NCBI GenBank assembly: GCA_016235455.1
Contig: JACRKZ010000185.1
Location: 1-35,628 of the forward strand
DNA length: 35,628 nt
From: Armatimonadota bacterium
Lineage (GTDB): Bacteria; Armatimonadota; UBA10988
Reading direction: 5' to 3'
Position 1 is the stretch's first letter, and each line of letters begins with the position of its first letter. Made by a program: the position numbers and the translations under genes. Under the pieces are notes generated by a model. The model did not search any database, was not told the origin of the DNA, and saw only the letters and a program-made list of their open reading frames with translations. Below are positions 8,213 to 16,595 of this stretch, piece by piece.

Positions 8213-9658
8213 ATGGCCACCGGGCCGACGATTGTCTGGTTGCGACGCGATCTGCGCACCGACGACCACGCGGCGCTGACTGCGGCTGCCGAGCGCGGCG
8301 CGCGGGTCATCCCGGTCGTCTTCGTCCACCTCGAACGGTTCGGCTCGGCCGCGGCGTGGTGGTTGCACCACAGCCTGAGCGCGTTGGCCGTAGAGCTCGC
8401 GGAACTTGGCGGACGGCTGGTGGTGCGCTCCGGGCCGGCCGTTGACGGCCTGATCCGCTTGGCGGCCGAGACCGGCGCCGCGCACATCGACTACAACCGG
8501 CACATCAGGCCGGCCGACCGAGCCGACGAGGCGCAGTTGGCCGCGATGGTCGGCGCCGCGGTGACGGTCACCGGGCACCGCACCGGCAACCTGTTTGAGC
8601 CAGGCGAAGTGCTCACGGGCGGCGGCTCGCCCTACCTGATCTACACGCCGTTTGCCAAGGCTTGTTTGCGGGCGCCGACCTGCCCCCGCCCGCTGCAGGC
8701 GCCGCTGCGGCTCGCTTGGCCAGAGCAGTGGCCGGGTAGCGTGGACCTCACCAGTCTGGACCTGACCTCGGCTGTGGGCGTCTGCTGCGGCCTGGGCCAC
8801 CAATGGGAGCCAGGCCCGCGCGGCGCGGCACGGCGCGTGCGATGGCTGATCGAGCGCCGCATCAAACACTACCACACCGAACGCGACCGGCCCGACCTGC
8901 ACAGCACCAGCGGGCTCTCACCGCACCTGGCGTTCGGCGAACTCAGCGCCCGCCGCCTGTGGCATGCGGTCCTCCACAGCCGTGGCGACAAGCCCTACAC
9001 CGAACTGCCCGAAGGTCACCGCCGCCTGCTCGATGAGTTGCTCTGGCGTGAGTTCGCGCAGCATACGCTCTATCACCTGCCGCACCTGGAGCAGCAGCCG
9101 CTGCGGCCCCGCGCCGGCGACCTGGCCTGGCGCCGGGACGAGGCCGGCCTGAACTCCTGGCAGCGCGGGCTGACCGGCTACCCCATCGTCGATGCCGGCA
9201 TGCGGCAGTTGCTGCGGCTCGGCTGGATACATAACCGTGTGCGTATGGTGGTCGCCTCCTTCCTCGTCAAGGACCTGCTGATCGACTGGCGACATGGCGC
9301 CCGCTACTTTGCCGACCGTCTGGTCGACTACGACGAGGCGAGCAACGGGCTCAACTGGCAGTGGGCCGCGGGCTCGGGTGTTGACTCCTCGCCCTTCACG
9401 CGCGTCTTCAACCCTGTGACCCAAGGCGCTCGGTTCGACCCCGAAGGCCGCTACGTGCGCCGCTGGGTGCCGGAGCTCGCGCAGTTGCCCGACGAGGTCA
9501 TTCATGCCCCTTGGGCCGCATCGCCGACGACGTTGGCCGCAGCCGGCGTGCGCCTGGGCGACACTTACCCGCTGCCCATCGTCGACCACGCCACCGCGCG
9601 TCGACGAGCGCTGGATGCCTACTCGGCGGCGCGCGAGACCGAGCCTGACGGCTCATAG
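8213..9658 (+). CDS. phrB: Deoxyribodipyrimidine photolyase (cryptochrome/photolyase family)
   Basis: VWLRRDLRTDDHAAL, TSGLSPHLAFGELS, GLTGYPIVDAGMRQL, GWIHNRVRMVVASFL, IDWR, LVDYD, NWQWAAG and RVFNP. Confidence 0.93.
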   Translation: MATGPTIVWLRRDLRTDDHAALTAAAERGARVIPVVFVHLERFGSAAAWWLHHSLSALAVELAELGGRLVVRSGPAVDGLIRLAAETGAAHIDYNRHIRPADRADEAQLAAMVGAAVTVTGHRTGNLFEPGEVLTGGGSPYLIYTPFAKACLRAPTCPRPLQAPLRLAWPEQWPGSVDLTSLDLTSAVGVCCGLGHQWEPGPRGAARRVRWLIERRIKHYHTERDRPDLHSTSGLSPHLAFGELSARRLWHAVLHSRGDKPYTELPEGHRRLLDELLWREFAQHTLYHLPHLEQQPLRPRAGDLAWRRDEAGLNSWQRGLTGYPIVDAGMRQLLRLGWIHNRVRMVVASFLVKDLLIDWRHGARYFADRLVDYDEASNGLNWQWAAGSGVDSSPFTRVFNPVTQGARFDPEGRYVRRWVPELAQLPDEVIHAPWAASPTTLAAAGVRLGDTYPLPIVDHATARRRALDAYSAARETEPDGS

Positions 9659-9692
9659 GTCTGTATCAGACTGCGCTTGAGGAGGTGTGCCG

Positions 9693-10175
9693 ATGAGTGC
9701 CGTGCTCAGTCTTGTCGTCTGTGTGCTGGTCTGCTTCGCTTTCGCCGGCCTGGGCGGTTGGGCCACCGCGTCCAGCGTGGGCACGTGGTACCAGACGCTG
9801 CGCAAACCGTCGTGGAACCCGCCGGACTGGCTATTCGGGCCGGTCTGGACGCTGCTCTACCTGAGCATGGCCGTCGCGCTCTGGCTGGTCCTGCGCCGCG
9901 CGCCGTGGCCGGCATGCCGCACGGCCGTGATGCTGTTCGCCGGCCAACTGGCGCTCAATGCCGCCTGGTCCTGGCTGTTCTTCGGGCTGCGGCGGCCGGA
10001 CCTGGCCGCCATCGAGGTGGTCGGGCTGTGGCTGGCCATCGCCGCCACACTGCTGGCCTTCCGGCCGCACTCGCCGGTGGCGGCCGGGCTGATGGTGCCC
10101 TATCTGGCCTGGGTCAGCTTCGCCACGGTGCTCAACATCACCATCTGGCGCCTCAACCTGGGAGTTGCATTGTGA
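9693..10175 (+). CDS. tspO: TspO/MBR tryptophan-rich sensory protein
   Basis: WYQTLRKPSWNPPDWLFGPVWTLLY, QLALNAAWSWLFFG and PYLAWVSFATVLN. GAGGAGG precedes ATG 9693. Confidence 0.96.
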   Translation: MSAVLSLVVCVLVCFAFAGLGGWATASSVGTWYQTLRKPSWNPPDWLFGPVWTLLYLSMAVALWLVLRRAPWPACRTAVMLFAGQLALNAAWSWLFFGLRRPDLAAIEVVGLWLAIAATLLAFRPHSPVAAGLMVPYLAWVSFATVLNITIWRLNLGVAL

Positions 10176-11071
10176 CGATCCTGCTCACGGGCGCATCCGG
10201 CCTCATTGGCACCGCCCTGACGGCCCATCTGGCCGCCGCCGGCCACACTGTTCTACCCCTTCGGCGCAGCGCGCGGCAGGCGGGACAGCGCTGTTGGGAA
10301 CCGGCTGCCGGCCGGCTGGACCCAGATGCGTTCGACGGCGTTGAGGCGGTCGTGCATCTGGCCGGCGAAAGCGTGGCTGGCCGCTGGACTGCGGCGCGCC
10401 GGGCGGCCATCGTCGAGTCGCGCGTGGTTGGCACCCGGCTGTTGGCCGCCGGCATGGCGGCAGAGCCGACGCGGCCGCGCGTGCTGGTCAGCGCGTCGGC
10501 GGTGGGCTACTACGGCGATCGCGGCGATGAACTGCTGACCGAGTCGAGCACTCCGGGCAGCGGCTTCCTGGCCGATGTCGCCGTGCAATGGGAAGCGGCC
10601 GCCGACGATGCGCGCGCGGCCGGCATCCGGGTCGTGCATCCGCGGTTCGGCGTGGTGCTCAGCAGCCTGGGCGGCGCCCTGCCGCGCATGTTGCCGCCGT
10701 TCCGGCTGGGGCTGGGCGGCCCGCTGGGCAGCGGCCGGCAGTTCATGCCGTGGATCAGCCTGCGTGACGCGACGAGGGCGCTGGCGCATCTCCTGGACTC
10801 TGAGGACGTGGCTGGCCCGGTGAACCTGGTGGCACCGGAGGCAGTCACCAACGGCGAGTTCAGCCGCGCGCTGGCCGCCGCGCTGGGCCGACCGGCATTG
10901 GGCTGGGTGCCCGCCGCGGCACTGCGGCTGGCCCTGGGCCAGATGGCCGTGGAGATGCTGCTGGGCAGCCAGCGCGTGCAGCCGGCGGCACTGCTGGCCT
11001 CGGGCTTCGCGCATGCCGACCCGATTCTGCGGCCGGCGCTCAACTCCGTACTGCATTCGGCCGTTTGTTAG
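10172..11071 (+). CDS. TIGR01777 (YfcH-like) NAD-dependent epimerase/oxidoreductase
   Basis: ILLTGASGLIG, VVHLAGESV, SASAVGYYGDRG, GGPLGSGRQFMPWI and LLGSQRVQP. GTG overlaps the tspO stop; the upstream part of ORF 9677 is a shadow. Confidence 0.93.
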   Translation: MTILLTGASGLIGTALTAHLAAAGHTVLPLRRSARQAGQRCWEPAAGRLDPDAFDGVEAVVHLAGESVAGRWTAARRAAIVESRVVGTRLLAAGMAAEPTRPRVLVSASAVGYYGDRGDELLTESSTPGSGFLADVAVQWEAAADDARAAGIRVVHPRFGVVLSSLGGALPRMLPPFRLGLGGPLGSGRQFMPWISLRDATRALAHLLDSEDVAGPVNLVAPEAVTNGEFSRALAAALGRPALGWVPAAALRLALGQMAVEMLLGSQRVQPAALLASGFAHADPILRPALNSVLHSAVC

Positions 11072-11144
11072 CCGATAGTAACATCGCGCGTGTACGCTAC
11101 GGGGTGGCGGCGCGGTAGCAGAGGCAGCGAACTGGGAGGACACC

Positions 11145-11693
11145 ATGAAGCGACTGACCCTGTGGGTGGGCCTGGCACTGCTGGCGACATCGTGCGCCGT
11201 CTCGGCCGCCGGAGCCAAGAAGACCAGCTCCTGCCAGCAGATGCTGGCGGTCGAGCCCGGCCTGCGGTTCTGTGCCGACGAGGCCGCTGTGCTCACCGGC
11301 ATCACGCTAGCCGACCTCAAGGAGTTGTGCGTCGACCTGGGCTTCGAGCCGACCGACGACAAGGATACCGACGGCGACCCGAGCCTGCTGCTGCAGATGG
11401 GTAAGCTCAAGGTGGGTCTGTTGCTGTATGGCAGTCTCAAGGAAGAGCCTGTGCGCATCAAGAGCCTGGCCCTCCAGATGCGCCTGGTCATGCGTGAAGA
11501 CGCGAGCGCAGAGCGCGCCAATGCCTGGAACGAGGCCGCTCGCTTCACGCGCGCCTACGCCAAGGACAAGGCCTACCTGTTGGAATCCGATTTGGACCTC
11601 GAAGGCGGCGTCACCTGGAAGACGATCAGCCGCTATCTGCTGGCCTTCCGCAGCGCTGCCGCGGACTTCGCCAAGCACGTGGAATTCCACTGA
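11145..11693 (+). CDS. Secreted YbjN-like domain protein (paralogue 1)
   Basis: Signal peptide MKRLTLWVGLALLA and C-terminal ANAWNEAARFTRAY...LESDLDLEGGVT, typical of the YbjN family. GGAGGA RBS. Confidence 0.75.
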   Translation: MKRLTLWVGLALLATSCAVSAAGAKKTSSCQQMLAVEPGLRFCADEAAVLTGITLADLKELCVDLGFEPTDDKDTDGDPSLLLQMGKLKVGLLLYGSLKEEPVRIKSLALQMRLVMREDASAERANAWNEAARFTRAYAKDKAYLLESDLDLEGGVTWKTISRYLLAFRSAAADFAKHVEFH

Positions 11694-11723
11694 CCCATCA
11701 CCGACCATGAGGAGTTGAGCGAC

Positions 11724-12257
11724 ATGTCTACCCGATCCCTGCGCCTGTTCGCCCTGCTGGCCACGCTGGTGTTGCTGCCGGCGAGCGCACAGGCCAAGAA
11801 GATGGCCGACGCGAGCAACACGGCAATCGCCAGCCCGCGCTTCACGGCTGACGCGCCGGAGATCTACAAGGCGATCTCCATCGACCTGCTCGAGGCGGCC
11901 TGCAAGAGCATGGACCTCAAACCCGAGCGCGGCAAGGACAACGATGGCGACCCGTGCCTGACACTCGACTTCGACGGCATCAAGACGGTGCTGCTGATGT
12001 ATGGCGACGCCAAGGAGTGCAAGAGCATGGCCATGCAGGCCTCGTGGGAACTGCCCGAAGACGCGGACATGGCGGTCGCCAACGACTGGAACCGCGCCCG
12101 ACGCTTCACGCGCGCCTACGTCACCGACAAGGTGGTCGTGCTGGAATCCGATCTGGACATCGAAGGTGGCGTCACCGCCGAGACCATCGGTCGGTGGGTT
12201 GGCCAGTTCAAGGCCGCCACGGCCAAGTTCGTCGAGCACATGAAGGCCAAGGGCTGA
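11724..12257 (+). CDS. Secreted YbjN-like domain protein (paralogue 2)
   Basis: Signal peptide ending ASAQA and ANDWNRARRFTRAY...LESDLDIEGGVT. Shares nucleotide tracts with paralogue 1. GAGGAG RBS. Confidence 0.75.
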   Translation: MSTRSLRLFALLATLVLLPASAQAKKMADASNTAIASPRFTADAPEIYKAISIDLLEAACKSMDLKPERGKDNDGDPCLTLDFDGIKTVLLMYGDAKECKSMAMQASWELPEDADMAVANDWNRARRFTRAYVTDKVVVLESDLDIEGGVTAETIGRWVGQFKAATAKFVEHMKAKG

Positions 12258-12258
12258 G

Positions 12259-12452
12259 CCCCAACGGCCTCAGGAGCCCGGGGCGCGTTGTGACCACGTC
12301 CGACGCGCCCTGGGCTCTTGCCATTTGGGGGCGGCGCGATTCGCGGCTCCGCCACACAATGCGTGGGTTGCTCGGTACGCCGCCGCGATCACGTTGGTCA
12401 GACCGGCGCCGCCGAGCCCATGCCCGAGCCGGCGCGTCCAATCGCGGCGGCG
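12259..12452 (+). other. Structured intergenic element with two long hairpins
   Basis: 20-bp stem 12271-12290 / 12301-12320 with three G-U pairs on the plus strand, and a perfect 12-bp inverted repeat 12378-12389 / 12441-12452. Confidence 0.55.
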
Positions 12453-12468
12453 GAAAGACGACCAGACG

Positions 12469-12996
12469 ATGACCACGCGATACTTGCGCTGTGTGGCCCT
12501 GGTGGCAGCCGTGGCGACCATGCCCGTACTCGCCGCCGCCAAGAAGACGGTGACGACCGGCAACCAGCCGACGCCGCCGATGCGCCAGGTGGCCGAGCAG
12601 GCCATGGTGCACCGCAGCGTCTCCCTCGAGGAGCTCGAAGCGGCCTGCGATGCCGCGGGCCTCAGCCCCAAGGCTGCGCAGACCGGCGGGGGCGACCCCT
12701 GCCTACTGCTCGAGATCGACGGAGCGTCGGTGGCGCTGGTGCCCGACGGCGCGGACGGCAAGTACACCTCGTTGACCATCCACGCCACCTTCGAGGTGGA
12801 CCATGAGGCCGATCCGAGCGTGGCCAACAGCTGGAACTTGGAGAAGCGCTTCACCGCCGCCTGCGCCAAGGACAAGCAGTACATCCTCAAGTCGGATCTG
12901 GACCTGGCCGGCGGCGTGACCAGCGAGACCGCGACCCGCTGGATTGACACGTTCAAGCAGTCCATCGCCGCCTTTGCCGAGCACGTCAAGGGCTAG
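12469..12996 (+). CDS. Secreted YbjN-like domain protein (paralogue 3)
   Basis: Signal peptide MTTRYLRCVALVAAVATMPVLA, LEAACDAAGL, GDPCLLL and ANSWNLEKRFTAAC...LKSDLDLAGGVT. Confidence 0.72.
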   Translation: MTTRYLRCVALVAAVATMPVLAAAKKTVTTGNQPTPPMRQVAEQAMVHRSVSLEELEAACDAAGLSPKAAQTGGGDPCLLLEIDGASVALVPDGADGKYTSLTIHATFEVDHEADPSVANSWNLEKRFTAACAKDKQYILKSDLDLAGGVTSETATRWIDTFKQSIAAFAEHVKG

Positions 12997-14150
12997 GCCG
13001 TGCCGCTCGCCAGGGTGTCGCCGACGTACTGACGTGGCACCCTGGTGTTCAACATGGTCAGGATCTCGTAGGGGATGGTCCCGACCCAGCCAGCCAGGTC
13101 CTCAACGGTGATACGCTCGTCGCCCTGCGCGCCGATCAGCACCACCTCGTCGCCGTTGTAGGCCGAGTCGTCGCCGATCTCGACACTGCACTGGTCCATG
13201 GACATGCGCCCGATGACGTCATGCCGCCGGCCGCCGATCAGCACCTGGCCACGGTTGGAGAGGGCGCGCGAGTAGCCGTCGCCGTAGCCTACCGGCAGCG
13301 TGACCACACGCGTCGGCCGGGGCGCGGTCCAGGTCATGTCGTAGCCGACCGTGGCGCCCTCATCCACCACCTTGAAGTAGACCACGCGCGTCTTGCAGGA
13401 CAGGACCGGCTCCACGGCGATGGTACGCTCCACCTCTGGGCTCGGGTAGATGCCGTACAGCAGGATGCCGGGCCGCACCATATCCAACCAGCTTTCGGGA
13501 TGCTGCAGCACGCCGCCGGAGTTGGCCATATGGCGGGTCGGTGTGGGCAGGCCCTCCCGCTCGAAGAACGATGTCGCGCGCAGGAAGCGGTCCAACTGGA
13601 CCGCGGCAAACGACTTGTCGGCGGCGTCGGCATCGGCGAAATGGCTGAACACCCCGGTCACGTCGCAGTGCTCGGAGGTCACTGCCTGCTCGAAGAACTC
13701 GTCTGCGCGGTCCCAGCGTTTGCCGACCCGTCCCATGCCGGTATCGATCTTCAGATGCACCTGGGCGCGGCGTCCGGTGTCCGCCGCCACCTGGTCGATC
13801 TGCCGCAGCTTCTCGGGTGAGGACGCGCCGATGGTCAGCTCGAAGTCGAGGAAGTGGCCGATCTGATTGCCGATGAGCCCGCCGAGGACAAGGATCGGCA
13901 CCGTGATACCGGCCCGTCGCAACTCAATGCCTTCCTCCAGGAAGGCCACGCCGAGTTGCGACACGCCACACGCCAGCAGCGCCTGAGCCGTCGGCACCAG
14001 GCCATGCCCGTAGGCGTTGGCCTTGACGACGCCCATGATGGGCCGCCGCACGGCACGCGCGATGGCGTGCACGTTGCCAGCCAGACGGCCCAGGTCGACC
14101 TCAACCACCGTGGGACGACAAGTGATGGGGCAGTCGGGATACTTCGTCAT
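12993..14150 (-). CDS. alr: Alanine racemase
   Basis: GVVKANAYGHG (PLP lysine), HLKIDTGMGRVG, HMANSG, MVRPGILLYG, VGYGDGY, IGRMSMDQ and GTIPYEIL. Confidence 0.97.
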   Translation of the reverse strand: MTKYPDCPITCRPTVVEVDLGRLAGNVHAIARAVRRPIMGVVKANAYGHGLVPTAQALLACGVSQLGVAFLEEGIELRRAGITVPILVLGGLIGNQIGHFLDFELTIGASSPEKLRQIDQVAADTGRRAQVHLKIDTGMGRVGKRWDRADEFFEQAVTSEHCDVTGVFSHFADADAADKSFAAVQLDRFLRATSFFEREGLPTPTRHMANSGGVLQHPESWLDMVRPGILLYGIYPSPEVERTIAVEPVLSCKTRVVYFKVVDEGATVGYDMTWTAPRPTRVVTLPVGYGDGYSRALSNRGQVLIGGRRHDVIGRMSMDQCSVEIGDDSAYNGDEVVLIGAQGDERITVEDLAGWVGTIPYEILTMLNTRVPRQYVGDTLASGTA

Positions 14151-14156
14151 GCCCCT

Positions 14157-14162
14157 ATTCTA
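14157..14162 (-). promoter_or_regulatory. -10 box positioned for a leaderless alr transcript
   Basis: Minus strand TAGAAT-AGGGGC-ATG: a TANNNT hexamer 6 nt before the start codon, with no properly spaced SD. Confidence 0.45.
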
Positions 14163-14168
14163 CGCCTG

Positions 14169-15329
14169 CTAGCGCCTTCGTGCCTGCGCTTCGCGAGCAG
14201 CTTCCTTGGCCGCCTCGTCGTCCTTGCGCTTCTTCTCGACGATGGCTTCCTCGATCATCGGCCGCAGCTCCTCGGGATGCGAGCTCTTGTCGATGGCGTC
14301 GGGCCGGGTGACCAGTTCGTTGGCCACCATGTCCGATAGCGCCTGGTTCAGCGTGCGCATACCCCAGCGGCTGCCGACGCTGATCTGCGAGGCGATCTGG
14401 TGGGTCTTGGCCTCGCGGATCAGGCTGCGGATGGCGTTGGTGCAGACCATGACCTCATAGGCCGCGATGCGCGACGAACCATCCTTACGCTTGAGCAGCG
14501 TCTGGCTGACCACGCCGATGAGGTTGCTGGCCATCTGCAGACGGATCTGCTGCTGCTGGTGGACCGGGAACACGTCGATGATGCGGTCCACGGTCTGCAC
14601 GGCGTCGGTGGTGTGCAGCGTGCCAAACACCAGGTGGCCCGTTTCAGCCGAGGTGATGGCCATTTCGATGGTTTCCAGGTCGCGCATTTCGCCGATGAGG
14701 ATGACGTCCGGGTCCTCGCGCAGGGCCGAGCGTAGCGAGTTGCCAAAGCTGTGCGTGTCCTGGTGCAGTTCGCGCTGATTGATCAGCGACTCGATGTCCT
14801 CGTGCACAAACTCCACCGGGTCCTCGATGGTGATGATGTGCTCCGAGCGGGTGCGGTTGATGTAGTTGATCAGCGCGGCCAACGTGGTGGACTTGCCCGA
14901 ACCGGTCGGCCCGGTGACCAACACCAGACCACGCGGCCGTTCGGCGAAATCGACCACCGCCTTGGGCAGTGAGAGCTGCTCGGTCGTGCGGATCTCGAAC
15001 GGGATGGCGCGGATGGCGACACCGGTCTGGCCGCGCTGCTTGAAGAAGTTGACGCGGAAGCGGCACACGCCCGGCAGCTCGTGCGCCAGGTCGAGCTCCC
15101 ACTCCTCCTCGAAGATCTTGATCTGTTCCTCGCTGAGCATGGTATAGCCCAGCTCAACCACGTCGGCGGCGGACATGGGTGGAGTGACGCGTTTGAGCAC
15201 GTCGCCCAGCGGCATCAGGTCGCCCAGCACACGATACAGCGGCGGTCGGTCGGCCTTGAGGATCAGGTCGGAGGCGTTGCCCTGGATCATGAAGCGCAAC
15301 AGGTCTTCCATGCGGTAAGCGCTGGCCAT
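14169..15329 (-). CDS. pilT: Type IV pilus retraction ATPase, PilT family (most canonical copy)
   Basis: Walker A GPTGSGKST, TIEDPVE, ALREDPDVILIGEMRD, GHLVFGTLHT and AIRSLIRE (close to the PilT AIRNLIRE motif). ATG 15329 with AAGGAG upstream. Confidence 0.93.
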   Translation of the reverse strand: MASAYRMEDLLRFMIQGNASDLILKADRPPLYRVLGDLMPLGDVLKRVTPPMSAADVVELGYTMLSEEQIKIFEEEWELDLAHELPGVCRFRVNFFKQRGQTGVAIRAIPFEIRTTEQLSLPKAVVDFAERPRGLVLVTGPTGSGKSTTLAALINYINRTRSEHIITIEDPVEFVHEDIESLINQRELHQDTHSFGNSLRSALREDPDVILIGEMRDLETIEMAITSAETGHLVFGTLHTTDAVQTVDRIIDVFPVHQQQQIRLQMASNLIGVVSQTLLKRKDGSSRIAAYEVMVCTNAIRSLIREAKTHQIASQISVGSRWGMRTLNQALSDMVANELVTRPDAIDKSSHPEELRPMIEEAIVEKKRKDDEAAKEAAREAQARRR

Positions 15330-15343
15330 GGTCGTCTCCTTTC

Positions 15344-16453
15344 CTAGACGGGCGAGGTCCCGTCGCCCTCGTCGGCCGGGGCCAGTCCGAGGCGTTTGGC
15401 GCGGTTGATGAAGTCCACGACGTTGGAGCACTTGGCCAGCGCGTCCTCGTACTTGACTTCCTTCTTCTGCAGCAGGCCGAGCAGCGTCTGGTCCAGCGAG
15501 ATCATGCCCTGGTCGGCGCCGGCCTGAATGACCGACGGAATCTGGAACGTCTTGGCCTCGCGGATCAGGGCGCGCGTGCTGGCCTGCACCACCAGCACCT
15601 CGTGCGCGGCGACGCGGCCGCCGCTGATGCGCGGCAGCAGTGTCTGCGACACCACCGCCTGCAACACGATGGACAGCTGCATGCGGATCTGCGGCTGCTG
15701 CTCCGGGGCGAACACGTCGATGATGCGGTCGACCGTCTGCGCGGCGTCGGTGGTGTGCAGGGTCCCGAAGACCAAGTGGCCCGTCTCAGCCACGGTGATG
15801 GCGAGGCCGATGGTCTCCAGGTCGCGCATTTCGCCCACCAGTACGATGTCTGGGTTCTGGCGCAGCACATGGCGCAGCGCATGGCCGAAACTGTGCGTGT
15901 CGCCGCCCAGCTCGCGCTGCTCGACGGTACACTTGATGTCCTGGTGCACGAACTCGATCGGGTCCTCGATGGTCACGATGTGGCGGTAGTAGCGCTCGTT
16001 GATGTGCTTGATCATCGCCGCCAACGTGGTCGACTTGCCCGAGCCCGTCGGCCCGGTGACGAGCACCAGTCCACGCGGCAGCTCGGAGACCTCCTTGAGC
16101 ACCGCGGGCAGCCCCATCTCGTCGATGCCCTTGATCTCGACCGGGATCTGGCGCATGACCGCACCGACCTGCCGGCGCTGGTGGAACACGTTCACGCGGA
16201 ACCGCGCGCAGTTCTCCACCTCGTGGCTGAGGTCGATCTCCAGGTTGCCCGCGAAGAACTCGCGCTGGCGCTCGTTCATCACGGACAGGCCCATGGCCTC
16301 GATATCGTCGCTGGTCAGCTTGGGATACTCGCGGCGGGTCAGATGACCATGAATGCGCATCACCGGCGGCTCGCCGGCCCGCAGGTGCAGGTCGGAGCCA
16401 TTGTGCGACACCAATTCCCTGAGCAGATGCTCCAATGAAACGGGATAGCTCAT
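15344..16453 (-). CDS. pilT: Type IV pilus twitching-motility ATPase, PilT/PilU family
   Basis: GSDLHL, RFRVNVF, GPTGSGKST, TIEDPIE, LRQNPDIVLVGEMRD, GHLVFGTLHT and STRALIRE. Confidence 0.92.
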   Translation of the reverse strand: MSYPVSLEHLLRELVSHNGSDLHLRAGEPPVMRIHGHLTRREYPKLTSDDIEAMGLSVMNERQREFFAGNLEIDLSHEVENCARFRVNVFHQRRQVGAVMRQIPVEIKGIDEMGLPAVLKEVSELPRGLVLVTGPTGSGKSTTLAAMIKHINERYYRHIVTIEDPIEFVHQDIKCTVEQRELGGDTHSFGHALRHVLRQNPDIVLVGEMRDLETIGLAITVAETGHLVFGTLHTTDAAQTVDRIIDVFAPEQQPQIRMQLSIVLQAVVSQTLLPRISGGRVAAHEVLVVQASTRALIREAKTFQIPSVIQAGADQGMISLDQTLLGLLQKKEVKYEDALAKCSNVVDFINRAKRLGLAPADEGDGTSPV

Positions 16454-16518
16454 GCTTGCCTCCCCAGGATCGGCAAGCAGTTCGACGGGGCCGGTGCCTT
16501 ATCCTCCCAGAGCGCCAC

Positions 16519-16554
16519 AAAAACGATTACGGGCGCAGGTCATGCGCCCGTAAT
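16519..16554 (-). terminator. Intrinsic terminator between pilT paralogues
   Basis: Perfect 12-bp stem ATTACGGGCGCA (16526-16537) / TGCGCCCGTAAT (16543-16554), followed on the minus strand by CGTTTTTG. Confidence 0.75.
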
Positions 16555-16595
16555 GCCAACGGTATTGCGATAGAACGCTCTCTCGAGCGGTCGCC

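Noticed and set aside
9677-10171. Apparent N-terminal extension of the TIGR01777 protein
   Set aside because: It is an alternative frame over tspO; the Rossmann motif begins at GTG 10172.
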